Origin: an uncultured Bacillales bacterium
Lineage (GTDB): Bacteria; Bacillota_I; Bacilli_A; RF39; UBA660
DNA length: 64,000 bases
Reading direction: 5' to 3'
Assembly: GCA_946410555.1 (NCBI GenBank)
Contig: CAMKAT010000002.1
Location: 45,235-109,234 of the forward strand
In this document: positions 30,249 through 40,647 of the stretch, piece by piece
How positions within the stretch are numbered: position 1 is the first letter of the stretch
Layout of the letters: every line of letters begins with the position of its first letter
Notes under the pieces: generated by a model
Told to the model about the DNA's origin: nothing
The model's database searches: none
Seen by the model: only the letters and a program-made list of their open reading frames with translations
Program-made: the position numbers and the translations under genes

Positions 30249-30302
30249 CTCGAACTTTTCGAGTTTTGATAAATAGCTAATCCAATTTGGATTAGTTTTT
30301 TT
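30249..30302 (+). terminator. Two tandem hairpin terminators after tRNA-Gly
   Basis: CTCGAA-ctt-TTCGAG+TTTT (30249-30267) and CTAATCC-aattt-GGATTAG+TTTTTTT (30277-30302). Confidence 0.6.
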
Positions 30303-30375
30303 GTGTTTCGAACACCCACTTGTCAGCTTGGAAGAATACAAAGACTATCCTACTTTATAAAGAAAGGATGGAACT

Positions 30376-30648
30376 ATGGTAAATATTATTAAGGAAGAAC
30401 TATCATTAGAAGAATCGTTGAAAAAGAAAATTGAGTTTATTTGTGATTTTACTAATAATAAACCTATTATCATAAATGGTAGTATTAGAAAAATTGATAA
30501 AACTAATTTAACTTATATTGAACCACATAGAATAATTATTAATAATACTACATTTCTTGCTTTCAACTATTCTAATGAAATATTTATTGAAAATTTATCT
30601 AATAAGATAAAATTATCAGAACTAGAAGATTATTTAAAGACTATCTAA
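30376..30648 (+). CDS. Hypothetical protein (90 aa) at the left edge of the element
   Basis: ORF only; no motif recognised. Confidence 0.35.
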   Translation: MVNIIKEELSLEESLKKKIEFICDFTNNKPIIINGSIRKIDKTNLTYIEPHRIIINNTTFLAFNYSNEIFIENLSNKIKLSELEDYLKTI

Positions 30649-30851
30649 ATACTACTATTCCCTATATAAGGAATTGACAAATCATAAAAAAGTGATATTA
30701 TAAATAACCAATGAAAGAGGTATGCTCTAGAAATGGAGGTACATCTATGAAGAATAAACACAATTTACCCAAAATTTATAATATTGAATTATTTGAGGAG
30801 TCAGTAGTATTTAGACTTTACTAGATACTATTGTCTCCTCTTTTTTAGTAA

Positions 30852-32756
<1,905 letters not shown>

Positions 32757-33001
32757 TTGCTTGTGAAATTCTTGACTAACAATAGTAAAAATAATAATGG
32801 AAAAATATCAAAACAAAATACTTTTTCGTTTTGATGTTATCCATCATATAAAAAATTTTTTGCTTACTTTTTTCTAAAAAAAAGTAATAACAAACGAACA
32901 CGTTTTGTTGAAACTTGTTTCAATGAAAGTGGGAAAAGTTTGTTTAAATAAATTATGAAAATAATCGTTAGTTATTTGAATAATTTACATAGATAAAATA
33001 A

Positions 33002-33138
33002 AAAGTAGTACTTTCTATTTTATCAATACTTTATGTAGTTTTAACTATTTATAGTTATTACGAATAAAGTATAAACGGTTTCTAAGGTGGTAAACCTTAG
33101 CTTCCATATCTTGTCTCTGACAAGATATATAGGAAGTT
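33002..33138 (+). promoter_or_regulatory. Candidate oriT / regulatory inverted-repeat field upstream of mob
   Basis: AAAGTA-g-TACTTT (33002-33014). ATACTTTAT...ATAAAGTAT, 9-bp arms (33026-33034 / 33064-33072). CTTCCATATCTTGTC...GACAAGATATATAGGAAG (33101-33138). Confidence 0.4.
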
Positions 33139-33203
33139 ATGAATAATGACAAAGCCACTTTCGTGCCATTTTCAATATTCATAATTTAGGGGGTGTAAAA
33201 AAT

Positions 33204-34529
33204 ATGGAATTATCTTATTCACTACATTTAGGTAATGATAAAAACAAATCTATTAAAGCAAGACAAGAAGCAAAGAATACTCCATCAGGTACTACATCAA
33301 AGAATAATAATGCTATTCAAAATGTTAAACAATTAGGAAAAGTAAATCATCATAATTTAAGACAATATGATAATAATCAAGAACTAATAAAAACTATTAA
33401 AGGTTCAAATGATATTGTTAAAGATGTTAAAGAATTATATTTAGAATTATTTGATGAAGCTAGATTAAAATACAATAATAAACAAACTAGAGATGATAGA
33501 AAAATAGATAACTACTTTAATAAAATTGCTAATGATACAAAACATGATCTTGCTTGTGAGATAGTTATCGAACTTGGAAATATGGAGTATTGGGATGAGA
33601 AAAGTTTAGAATATAAATATCAAATGACACAAGTATTTGAACAACAACTAGAAGATATACAAGAAATTGTTCCAGACTTTTATATAGCAAATGCGACTAT
33701 TCACTTTGATGAACACTCTCCACATATGCATATAGTCGGAGTTCCTGTTAAAGAAAATTGTAAAACAGGTTTATCTAGACAAGTTGGTAAAACATCAATA
33801 TTTACCAAAGAATCATTAGTAGTTATTCAAGATAAAATGAGAGAAAGATGTATCAACGAATTTAATATTGCATATGGTTTAGATTCCAAACTTAAAGAAA
33901 AGGAAAAAGGTAAAAATAGAGATATTACTTCATATGAAAGAAAAGTCTTTAATGAAAGAGTTAAAGGACTTAAACAAGAAATATCTAATTTACAGAATGA
34001 AGTATCTGATTTAGAAGATAATAAAAAGTCTATCAATAAACAAATAGATAAACTTAATAAAGATAAAACTGATATAGTTGATGAAATTGATAAAAAGAAA
34101 AAACTTAATAATAAAATTGTTATTAAGTCTAAAAATCAATTACTAGATGAAAACAAAAAGTTAAAGGTAGAAAATGAGCATTTAAAAAGTATTAATTATC
34201 AAACTGAAACTAGATATAATGATTTAAAAGAAAGAACTGATTATCTTATTTATCATTTAAATAAAATAATCAAAAAGCTTCCAGAATTTATTCAAAATTT
34301 AATTGATAGATTATTTAATTATAATAATATTAATATTAAATATTTTAAACAACAATATGATCCTGAAGTTATAAGAAAAAGAGAAAAATCATTTAAAGGT
34401 TTTAATTTATTTAATAAAAAAGAAATTGATAAATCAACTCAACATATTAATGATGAAATGAATGAAGTTGCTGAAGAATTTTATAAAGAAAAAAAAGATA
34501 AAGAAAAAGACAATAGCTTTGAAAGATAA
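33204..34529 (+). CDS. MobV-family (Mob/Pre) relaxase with a long C-terminal coiled coil
   Basis: HHNLRQY (HxxR motif) and IHFDEHSPHMHIVGVP (HxDE...PHxH motif). Confidence 0.88.
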   Translation: MELSYSLHLGNDKNKSIKARQEAKNTPSGTTSKNNNAIQNVKQLGKVNHHNLRQYDNNQELIKTIKGSNDIVKDVKELYLELFDEARLKYNNKQTRDDRKIDNYFNKIANDTKHDLACEIVIELGNMEYWDEKSLEYKYQMTQVFEQQLEDIQEIVPDFYIANATIHFDEHSPHMHIVGVPVKENCKTGLSRQVGKTSIFTKESLVVIQDKMRERCINEFNIAYGLDSKLKEKEKGKNRDITSYERKVFNERVKGLKQEISNLQNEVSDLEDNKKSINKQIDKLNKDKTDIVDEIDKKKKLNNKIVIKSKNQLLDENKKLKVENEHLKSINYQTETRYNDLKERTDYLIYHLNKIIKKLPEFIQNLIDRLFNYNNINIKYFKQQYDPEVIRKREKSFKGFNLFNKKEIDKSTQHINDEMNEVAEEFYKEKKDKEKDNSFER

Positions 34530-34543
34530 GCTATTGTCTGCTT

Positions 34544-35044
34544 TTACTTTGAAGTTGTCTTTTTTACCTCGTCTGATTTAAAATATCCTGATTCTCTTAA
34601 GTTTTTTCTTACCTCCATAAGTATATTTGCTGTAGAATACCCCATATCCGAATATAGGTTTTTAAATCTTTCAGCAAATAAATCATATGGTATGTCTTGG
34701 TGTTGAAGTATAATCTTAGTTAATTCTTCTGCAATTGCAATTTCATTATGAGTAATATCTTTTTTTATTTCAGATTCATATATTTTTCCAACTTTATTAA
34801 TATCTTCAACATCCTTAATAACTTGTTTTGCTTTTTCTATTCCATAAGCCTCAATCAATTTTTTTTCTGCTTCTTCTTCAGAAAGATTATTTTGTTTTTT
34901 ATAGTTTAAAAAATCAACTGCTGTTTTAAATCTAACTCCTTTTTGAGATAACTCATCTTCTTCACTTTTTAAATTATTATCATAATAATTAACATCAAAT
35001 ATTCCATTTGATTTATTAGATTCTTGTTTTAATTCTTCGTTCAT
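34544..35044 (-). CDS. Cargo protein E, hypothetical (166 aa, acidic/helical)
   Basis: ORF 36 nt downstream of cargo D; no motif recognised. Confidence 0.4.
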   Translation of the reverse strand: MNEELKQESNKSNGIFDVNYYDNNLKSEEDELSQKGVRFKTAVDFLNYKKQNNLSEEEAEKKLIEAYGIEKAKQVIKDVEDINKVGKIYESEIKKDITHNEIAIAEELTKIILQHQDIPYDLFAERFKNLYSDMGYSTANILMEVRKNLRESGYFKSDEVKKTTSK

Positions 35045-35080
35045 AATAATTCTCCTTAATAAATTTTATTATATAAAAAA

Positions 35081-35839
35081 TTACATTTTTTTGCTATTTT
35101 TAAAATATATTTCTAGAACCAGATCTTTTGTATTTTTATATGATTGTATTAATTCATAATTTGCTTTATATTCATCAAACATTAATTTCTTTTCTTTTTC
35201 AAATTTTTCTTTATCCTCTTCGGATGCATCTGATTTTTTCACATTTTTAGCGGATTTCATAAGTAGTAAATTGCTTGTTGAAACAGGATTTAAAGCAAAT
35301 TGACAATTTATTCCATCTCTACTTGTATTAATAGAATTTAAACCAAAAATATTTTCAGCTTCTTCCAATGAAAAGAAATCGCCGACTGCAATCATTGGAA
35401 TCATATAACCTGTTGGTATTGTTTCTTGAACGCCAGCAGTTATATATGGAACTTGTTTAATTTTTTCAAGTCCATTTGACTCATCTGGATTTTTTAATAG
35501 TTTTCTTATTTCTGGCGTTGCACATTCTAAATTATCAATAAAACAATCGCCAACTAAATTAAAAACACTAAATAAATCACTTGATTTAATTATCATATTA
35601 ATGTCATAAGTATTCATTGCTTCATAGAATCTAATTTCTGAATCAATTCTTTCTAAAAATAGATTCATTTCTTCTTCTGTCATGTTTTCAACATTAATTA
35701 TTTGACAGCCATCTTGCTTAATTTGTCTTATATTATCATGTGCTTTTTTTGCTTCTTCACTTCCTAAAGCAAAAGTTTCATACTTACAATAGGCATAATT
35801 ATCTTTTCCGTATAACACTACTAATTCTTCTTCACACAT
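35081..35839 (-). CDS. Cargo protein D, hypothetical (252 aa)
   Basis: ORF preceded by RBS (GGAGG); no motif recognised. Confidence 0.45.
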   Translation of the reverse strand: MCEEELVVLYGKDNYAYCKYETFALGSEEAKKAHDNIRQIKQDGCQIINVENMTEEEMNLFLERIDSEIRFYEAMNTYDINMIIKSSDLFSVFNLVGDCFIDNLECATPEIRKLLKNPDESNGLEKIKQVPYITAGVQETIPTGYMIPMIAVGDFFSLEEAENIFGLNSINTSRDGINCQFALNPVSTSNLLLMKSAKNVKKSDASEEDKEKFEKEKKLMFDEYKANYELIQSYKNTKDLVLEIYFKNSKKM

Positions 35840-36058
35840 AAATAAACCTCCTATAACAATTTTATCATATTTTTTATCGTTTTTATCAATTTTACGTAAA
35901 TTTAGTAAATTAATTTACATTTTTATAGTTTTTATGGTATTATTATTTTAGTGATTGGTTGTTTATCAACTTTTAATATTAGGAGTTTCAAATAGCCTGT
36001 GCTATCGCTCCATTTGAAACTTAAAACTAGTCTTATGACTAGTTTTTTTAGTTATAAA

Positions 36059-37408
36059 TTATCTACTTTTCCCATCAGTTAAATCATTATTAACTATATT
36101 ATTCATCATTGCAAGCATATTTTCTTTATTTAAGTTACCTTTTTGTTGAAGCGTTAAAAATGCATTAACTATATCATCTTTATATTGATTCATTAATTCG
36201 CTTAAATCACTTAGGCCATTATTTTCGAATGATTTTTCAATTAATTCATCTCTTGATATACCATAATAAGATAATAATGAATGAAATGTTATATATTCTT
36301 TGTCTACTTCAGATAATGAATTTTTATAATTTAAAGTATTAATATTATATAGTGGTAGATTCATTTCTGCAGAAAGATTTATTGCTTCCTGATAATCTAT
36401 ATTTAAATCATTTTCTCCCAAACCAATAAGTGCGATTGCACAAGGTTTAGAATTAACTAATATTTCATTATAACTACTTGAAGAATATAAATCTTCTTCT
36501 TTTTTAGTGGTCCTACTTATACCTATTTCTTCTAAAACTTTAGGTGTGGAAAGTTTTGTTCCCTTTTCTTTATTAACAGAATCACTTCCAAATACATTGG
36601 AAGAAAGATCATAAGCACTAATCATTTCTATTTGTGAATCATTAGGATATATAAAACCAATTCTTCTTGTTGATCCTAAATAAGTTGCTATAAAATTCGA
36701 ACTAATCATACTGCAAGAAGAATGCACTGGTCTATTCATTAATGCATAAACTTGATCTCTTAATTTTCCACCAGTTATATTTGAGAATAAGAATCTAAAC
36801 TTACCTTCTTCATCAATATTATTTGTTAATGATCTTTCCCAAATAAATTTAATAATATCATTATATTTTGTTTCAAGTTTTTTTAAATCGGCTTTACCAT
36901 TATTTAATTTGACAATATCTATGATTACTTCTTTAATTTTATTATCATCTATAAGTTTTCGATAATCATTGTTTTCAATTAATGATTTTAACGACTCTTC
37001 TGCCAAATATAATCCTTCTTTTCCTTGGATATCTTTATACTTATTAACAATAAAATTCAAGTTTTTAACATTATTTATATAATTATTAAATACATTGGAT
37101 ATAGATTCATATTGTCTTTCTATATCATTAGAATCTATAGTCATATTATTAAGTGTTTCTTTTATACTTTCTAATTCAGGCGCATTATTAATTATAGATG
37201 ATTCGAAACCATGTTTTAATCTTATTACGCCAATCACAGATAACAACCTATTATATAAATTTTCTAGATTATTCTCATCAGCTTTTTTTATTTCTTTTTC
37301 CATAAAAACAAGATAGTCCATATCATTATATAATTGATCACTTTCTTCATATTGCCATGTTTCCATTGAAAATGAATTAATTAAATCTATAATTTCATTC
37401 TTTGACAT
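36059..37408 (-). CDS. Cargo protein C, hypothetical (449 aa; helical N-terminal half, mixed C-terminal half)
   Basis: ORF with its own upstream gap (109 nt) and a downstream hairpin terminator (36026-36043); no motif recognised. Confidence 0.45.
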   Translation of the reverse strand: MSKNEIIDLINSFSMETWQYEESDQLYNDMDYLVFMEKEIKKADENNLENLYNRLLSVIGVIRLKHGFESSIINNAPELESIKETLNNMTIDSNDIERQYESISNVFNNYINNVKNLNFIVNKYKDIQGKEGLYLAEESLKSLIENNDYRKLIDDNKIKEVIIDIVKLNNGKADLKKLETKYNDIIKFIWERSLTNNIDEEGKFRFLFSNITGGKLRDQVYALMNRPVHSSCSMISSNFIATYLGSTRRIGFIYPNDSQIEMISAYDLSSNVFGSDSVNKEKGTKLSTPKVLEEIGISRTTKKEEDLYSSSSYNEILVNSKPCAIALIGLGENDLNIDYQEAINLSAEMNLPLYNINTLNYKNSLSEVDKEYITFHSLLSYYGISRDELIEKSFENNGLSDLSELMNQYKDDIVNAFLTLQQKGNLNKENMLAMMNNIVNNDLTDGKSR

Positions 37409-37517
37409 AATAACTTCATCCTATCATCTATGATAATTATATCGTTATTCTGATAAACTATAATAAATAAGCATTAATGTTTTACAATTATATGTAAATA
37501 AAAAAGACGACTAATAA

Positions 37518-38633
37518 TCATCTTTTTATAGTTACTAATTCAATCTTTTTATTATCTACATTATTAGATTCAGTTAATACCGAACTAAAATCTTTCTTAA
37601 GTTGTTCCTCATCAGATGTATTAAAAATATAATATTTAGTCTTAATACTAGTTGGAATTAATGTTAGAATATCCATAATACTTTGTAAATTTACTAAAGA
37701 ATTAAGTGATTGTCCAGGATTATCTTTAATCTTCTTTCTTAACGAAAGTCGTACTAAAAATGAATTAACATCTTTAAAATTACTAATTAATAATTCTTTA
37801 GAACTATGATTTAAATGTTTGTCATATATATGTTTATTTAAAAAATCCAATTGATGTATAAAATTATAAACTTCTTCTTCAGAACTATATATCTTTAAAT
37901 AATCTATTAAACCACTTAGATTTGCATTGAAATATAATGATTGCATTCTTTCTTTACCTATAATTATTTCAAGAACCTTTGCAATTCTTTTTTCATATAC
38001 ATAACTATTTAAAGTATTGTCTTTTCCGAAATATTTTTCTGTAAGATATTGAGTATATCCTTCGTTTATTCCTTCTCCAATTCTTTCATTATTCTTAGTT
38101 ATTTGATTAAAACCACAATAAATCATACCAGTTTCTTCATTTATAATTGTAGAAATAACATGAAATAATTCATGATAAATTGTAAGTTTATAATTATTTT
38201 TAGATACTTCAATCGTATTATTATCATGATTATATTGTCCTGCAGTATTATTATTTGTAATATAATTTATTAATCTGAAATCTTTATTTTTTATTTTTAA
38301 CAAGTAAATATTATTTGCAAGTATTGCAGGATTAATTTCTGGTATATTGTCTTTTACAACATTTATAAAATTCATTATTGAATCGCCATATTGCTTTTTT
38401 AAAACTAATTCTTCTTTAATATCATCATATTTTCTTATAGCTTCAGGCGGAAGTGATAAAGTTTTTACTCCACTTATTTTAGAATCTTTTTTTAATTTAT
38501 AATTAACTATTACATGTTCACTAGCAGAATAAGAAGAATAATATACTATTGTAGGAGCTAGAAAACGTATAATAGGTCCAAAATCCATTTGTGATAATTG
38601 AGCAAAAAAATTAGATATATCTTCACTATTCAT
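37518..38633 (-). CDS. Cargo protein B: putative zinc metallopeptidase-like protein (HExxH ... NEGYT)
   Basis: LTIYHELFHVIST followed 25 residues later by GEGINEGYTQY (gluzincin-like third ligand). Hydrophobic N-terminal segment. 8-nt overlap with cargo A. Confidence 0.5.
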   Translation of the reverse strand: MNSEDISNFFAQLSQMDFGPIIRFLAPTIVYYSSYSASEHVIVNYKLKKDSKISGVKTLSLPPEAIRKYDDIKEELVLKKQYGDSIMNFINVVKDNIPEINPAILANNIYLLKIKNKDFRLINYITNNNTAGQYNHDNNTIEVSKNNYKLTIYHELFHVISTIINEETGMIYCGFNQITKNNERIGEGINEGYTQYLTEKYFGKDNTLNSYVYEKRIAKVLEIIIGKERMQSLYFNANLSGLIDYLKIYSSEEEVYNFIHQLDFLNKHIYDKHLNHSSKELLISNFKDVNSFLVRLSLRKKIKDNPGQSLNSLVNLQSIMDILTLIPTSIKTKYYIFNTSDEEQLKKDFSSVLTESNNVDNKKIELVTIKR

Positions 38634-38895
38634 TTTCTACACCATTCATACTTTCTAAAATATTTTCAACTTCAGCCCAATCTTCATCACTTACAATATT
38701 TTCTAGTTCTCTTTCTGGTTCTTCTGGATAATAGATTGAAGAGTAAATATTTAAACTGTTAGTTTCATCGTATTTATTATCTGTATAAATAATATAATCT
38801 TTTTTAGTTTTAAGTGATTTAAATACATATAGTATTTCAACTTCTCGTTCTTCACCATCAATAAAAGCTTTAAAAGTATTTTTGTCTGTTATCAT
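38626..38895 (-). CDS. Cargo protein A: DUF1292-like small acidic protein
   Basis: FIDGEEREVEILYVFKSLKTKKDYIIYTDN...IYSSIYYPEE...LENIVSDEDWAEVENILE follows the DUF1292/UPF0473 pattern. RBS AAGGAG. Confidence 0.5.
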   Translation of the reverse strand: MITDKNTFKAFIDGEEREVEILYVFKSLKTKKDYIIYTDNKYDETNSLNIYSSIYYPEEPERELENIVSDEDWAEVENILESMNGVENE

Positions 38896-39028
38896 AGTAT
38901 CTCCTTATTTTTTGATATTAAAATATTTTTAAACATGTTTAATTTAATTTTTTTCACTTGATTACATTTTTCATCATTTGAATAAAAAAAATTCTATTAC
39001 AATTATATTTATAAGTCAAATTTAATCA

Positions 39029-39721
39029 TTAAGATTGTATTAATACTAATTCTTCTTCTGTTAGTTCTCTTATTTCACCTTGACTCAAATCTTTAGGAAG
39101 ATAAAATGAGCCCATACATATTCTATTTAGTTCTACTACTTTAGCTTTGTAGCAACCAAACATTCTTTTTATTTGGTGATATCTACCTTCTTTTAGAGTT
39201 ACATTACATGTTTTATCTCCAGTGATATCTAGGATGGCTGATTGACATTCTCCATCACTTAAGTTAACGCCTTTAAGGAATCCTTTTTTCATTTCTTCAG
39301 TAACCGGAATATCTAATGTTACTTCATATATTTTTTGAACATGTTTCTTTGGAGAAAGAATGTTATGTGCGAATTCTCCATCATCAGTTATTATCATTAA
39401 ACCAGTAGTGTCTTTATCAAGTCTACCTGCAGGAAATAATTCTCTATTCATATATTCATCAGGAACTAATTCAAGAACACTTCTTTCATTCATATCAGTT
39501 GTTGATACAAATCCTTTAGGTTTATTTAACACTAAATATATATTATCTCTTGTATCAATTTCTACCCCATCGATTGTAATGGTTACATTATCATCATATT
39601 TATCTTCAGGTTTTTTTACTAGTTCGCCATTAACTTCAACTAATCTATTAGAGATTAGTTTTTTTATTTCTTTTCTACTGTAGTCTGTATGTTCTGATAT
39701 TATACGATCTATTCTTTTCAT
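39029..39721 (-). CDS. rsuA: rRNA pseudouridine synthase, RsuA/RluB family (S4 domain + catalytic GRLDKDTTGL)
   Basis: Motifs S4 N-terminus, AGRLDKDTTGLMIIT and YHQIKRMF. ATG 39721 follows AGGAG. Confidence 0.85.
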   Translation of the reverse strand: MKRIDRIISEHTDYSRKEIKKLISNRLVEVNGELVKKPEDKYDDNVTITIDGVEIDTRDNIYLVLNKPKGFVSTTDMNERSVLELVPDEYMNRELFPAGRLDKDTTGLMIITDDGEFAHNILSPKKHVQKIYEVTLDIPVTEEMKKGFLKGVNLSDGECQSAILDITGDKTCNVTLKEGRYHQIKRMFGCYKAKVVELNRICMGSFYLPKDLSQGEIRELTEEELVLIQS

Positions 39722-39729
39722 AAGCACTC

Positions 39730-40515
39730 CTATCTATTTTTAAAAGTTGTATATACTAGGTCTTCAATATTTAGATTTATATTCTTGTCTATTTTATTAG
39801 AAATAAGAGTTAAGTATTCTATATTTCCATCTCCTCCTCTGATTGGAGAAGAAGTTAAATTCTTAATATAGAATCCTTTATCATTAAAATATTTAATCAT
39901 ATCTTTAATGATATCTATATGTATTTGTTTATTTAAAATAATACCTTTATATTTATCTGCGATTTCTTTTCCACATTCAAATTGAGGTTTAATTAAACAA
40001 ACCATATCTAACTTAACATTTTCAGATGCTATTTTATCTATTATTTTCTTTAAAGAGATAAATGAAACATCACATACTGCAATATCTATATCTTTAAAGT
40101 AAGAACTCTCAAATTCTTTAAAATTAGTTTGTTCATGAAGATCTATTCTTGGATCATTTCTTAATGATTCATGCATAAGATTAGTTCCTACATCTACAGC
40201 TACAATGTGAGATGCACCATGTTTAAGTGCACAATCACTAAATCCACCGGTAGATGAACCTATATCCATAACTTTTTTGTTAGTCATATCTATATTAAAT
40301 ATATTTATAGCCTTATCTAACTTTAATCCACCACGAGATACATATTTAAGTTTATCATTTTCTTTGATTTCAATAGAATCTGATTCACTAACCATATAAT
40401 TAGATTTATCTATAACTTTTCCATTAACTAAAACAAGTTTTTCTTTAATAAGTTCTTGTGCTTTAGTTCTTGATGGAACTAAAGATCTTTCAACTAACTC
40501 TTTATCTAATCTCAT
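39730..40515 (-). CDS. tlyA: TlyA-family rRNA 2'-O-methyltransferase (S4 + FtsJ domains)
   Basis: MRLDKELVERSLVPSRTKAQELI; VSRGGLKL; DIGSSTGGFSDCAL; DVSFISL. Confidence 0.9.
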   Translation of the reverse strand: MRLDKELVERSLVPSRTKAQELIKEKLVLVNGKVIDKSNYMVSESDSIEIKENDKLKYVSRGGLKLDKAINIFNIDMTNKKVMDIGSSTGGFSDCALKHGASHIVAVDVGTNLMHESLRNDPRIDLHEQTNFKEFESSYFKDIDIAVCDVSFISLKKIIDKIASENVKLDMVCLIKPQFECGKEIADKYKGIILNKQIHIDIIKDMIKYFNDKGFYIKNLTSSPIRGGDGNIEYLTLISNKIDKNINLNIEDLVYTTFKNR

Positions 40516-40647
40516 AGTAAACCTCCGTTAAAAACTGTTTTTAATTATAACATACTAGCAATTAAATTATAACAAATAATATTTTTTAAGTATTATTTAT
40601 TAAAATAATAACTGTAAATAAAAAATGATGACTTAAAGTCATCATTT

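Noticed and set aside
30131-30319. 62-aa minus-strand ORF
   Set aside because: It overlaps tRNA-Gly and its terminators on the opposite strand, so it is spurious.
30747-30824. 25-aa ORF (MKNKHNLPKIYNIELFEESVVFRLY) with an RBS, ending in a hairpin+T6 just upstream of the recombinase gene
   Set aside because: It is too short, and I cannot check its conservation. It may be a leader or regulatory peptide, or simply chance. Not reported as a gene.
38954-38960. TCACTTG near the right end of the island, matching 7 nt of the tRNA-Gly 3' acceptor strand (possible att direct repeat)
   Set aside because: The match is only 7 nt in very AT-rich DNA, so chance is likely. Serine recombinases also do not generate long tRNA-derived direct repeats.
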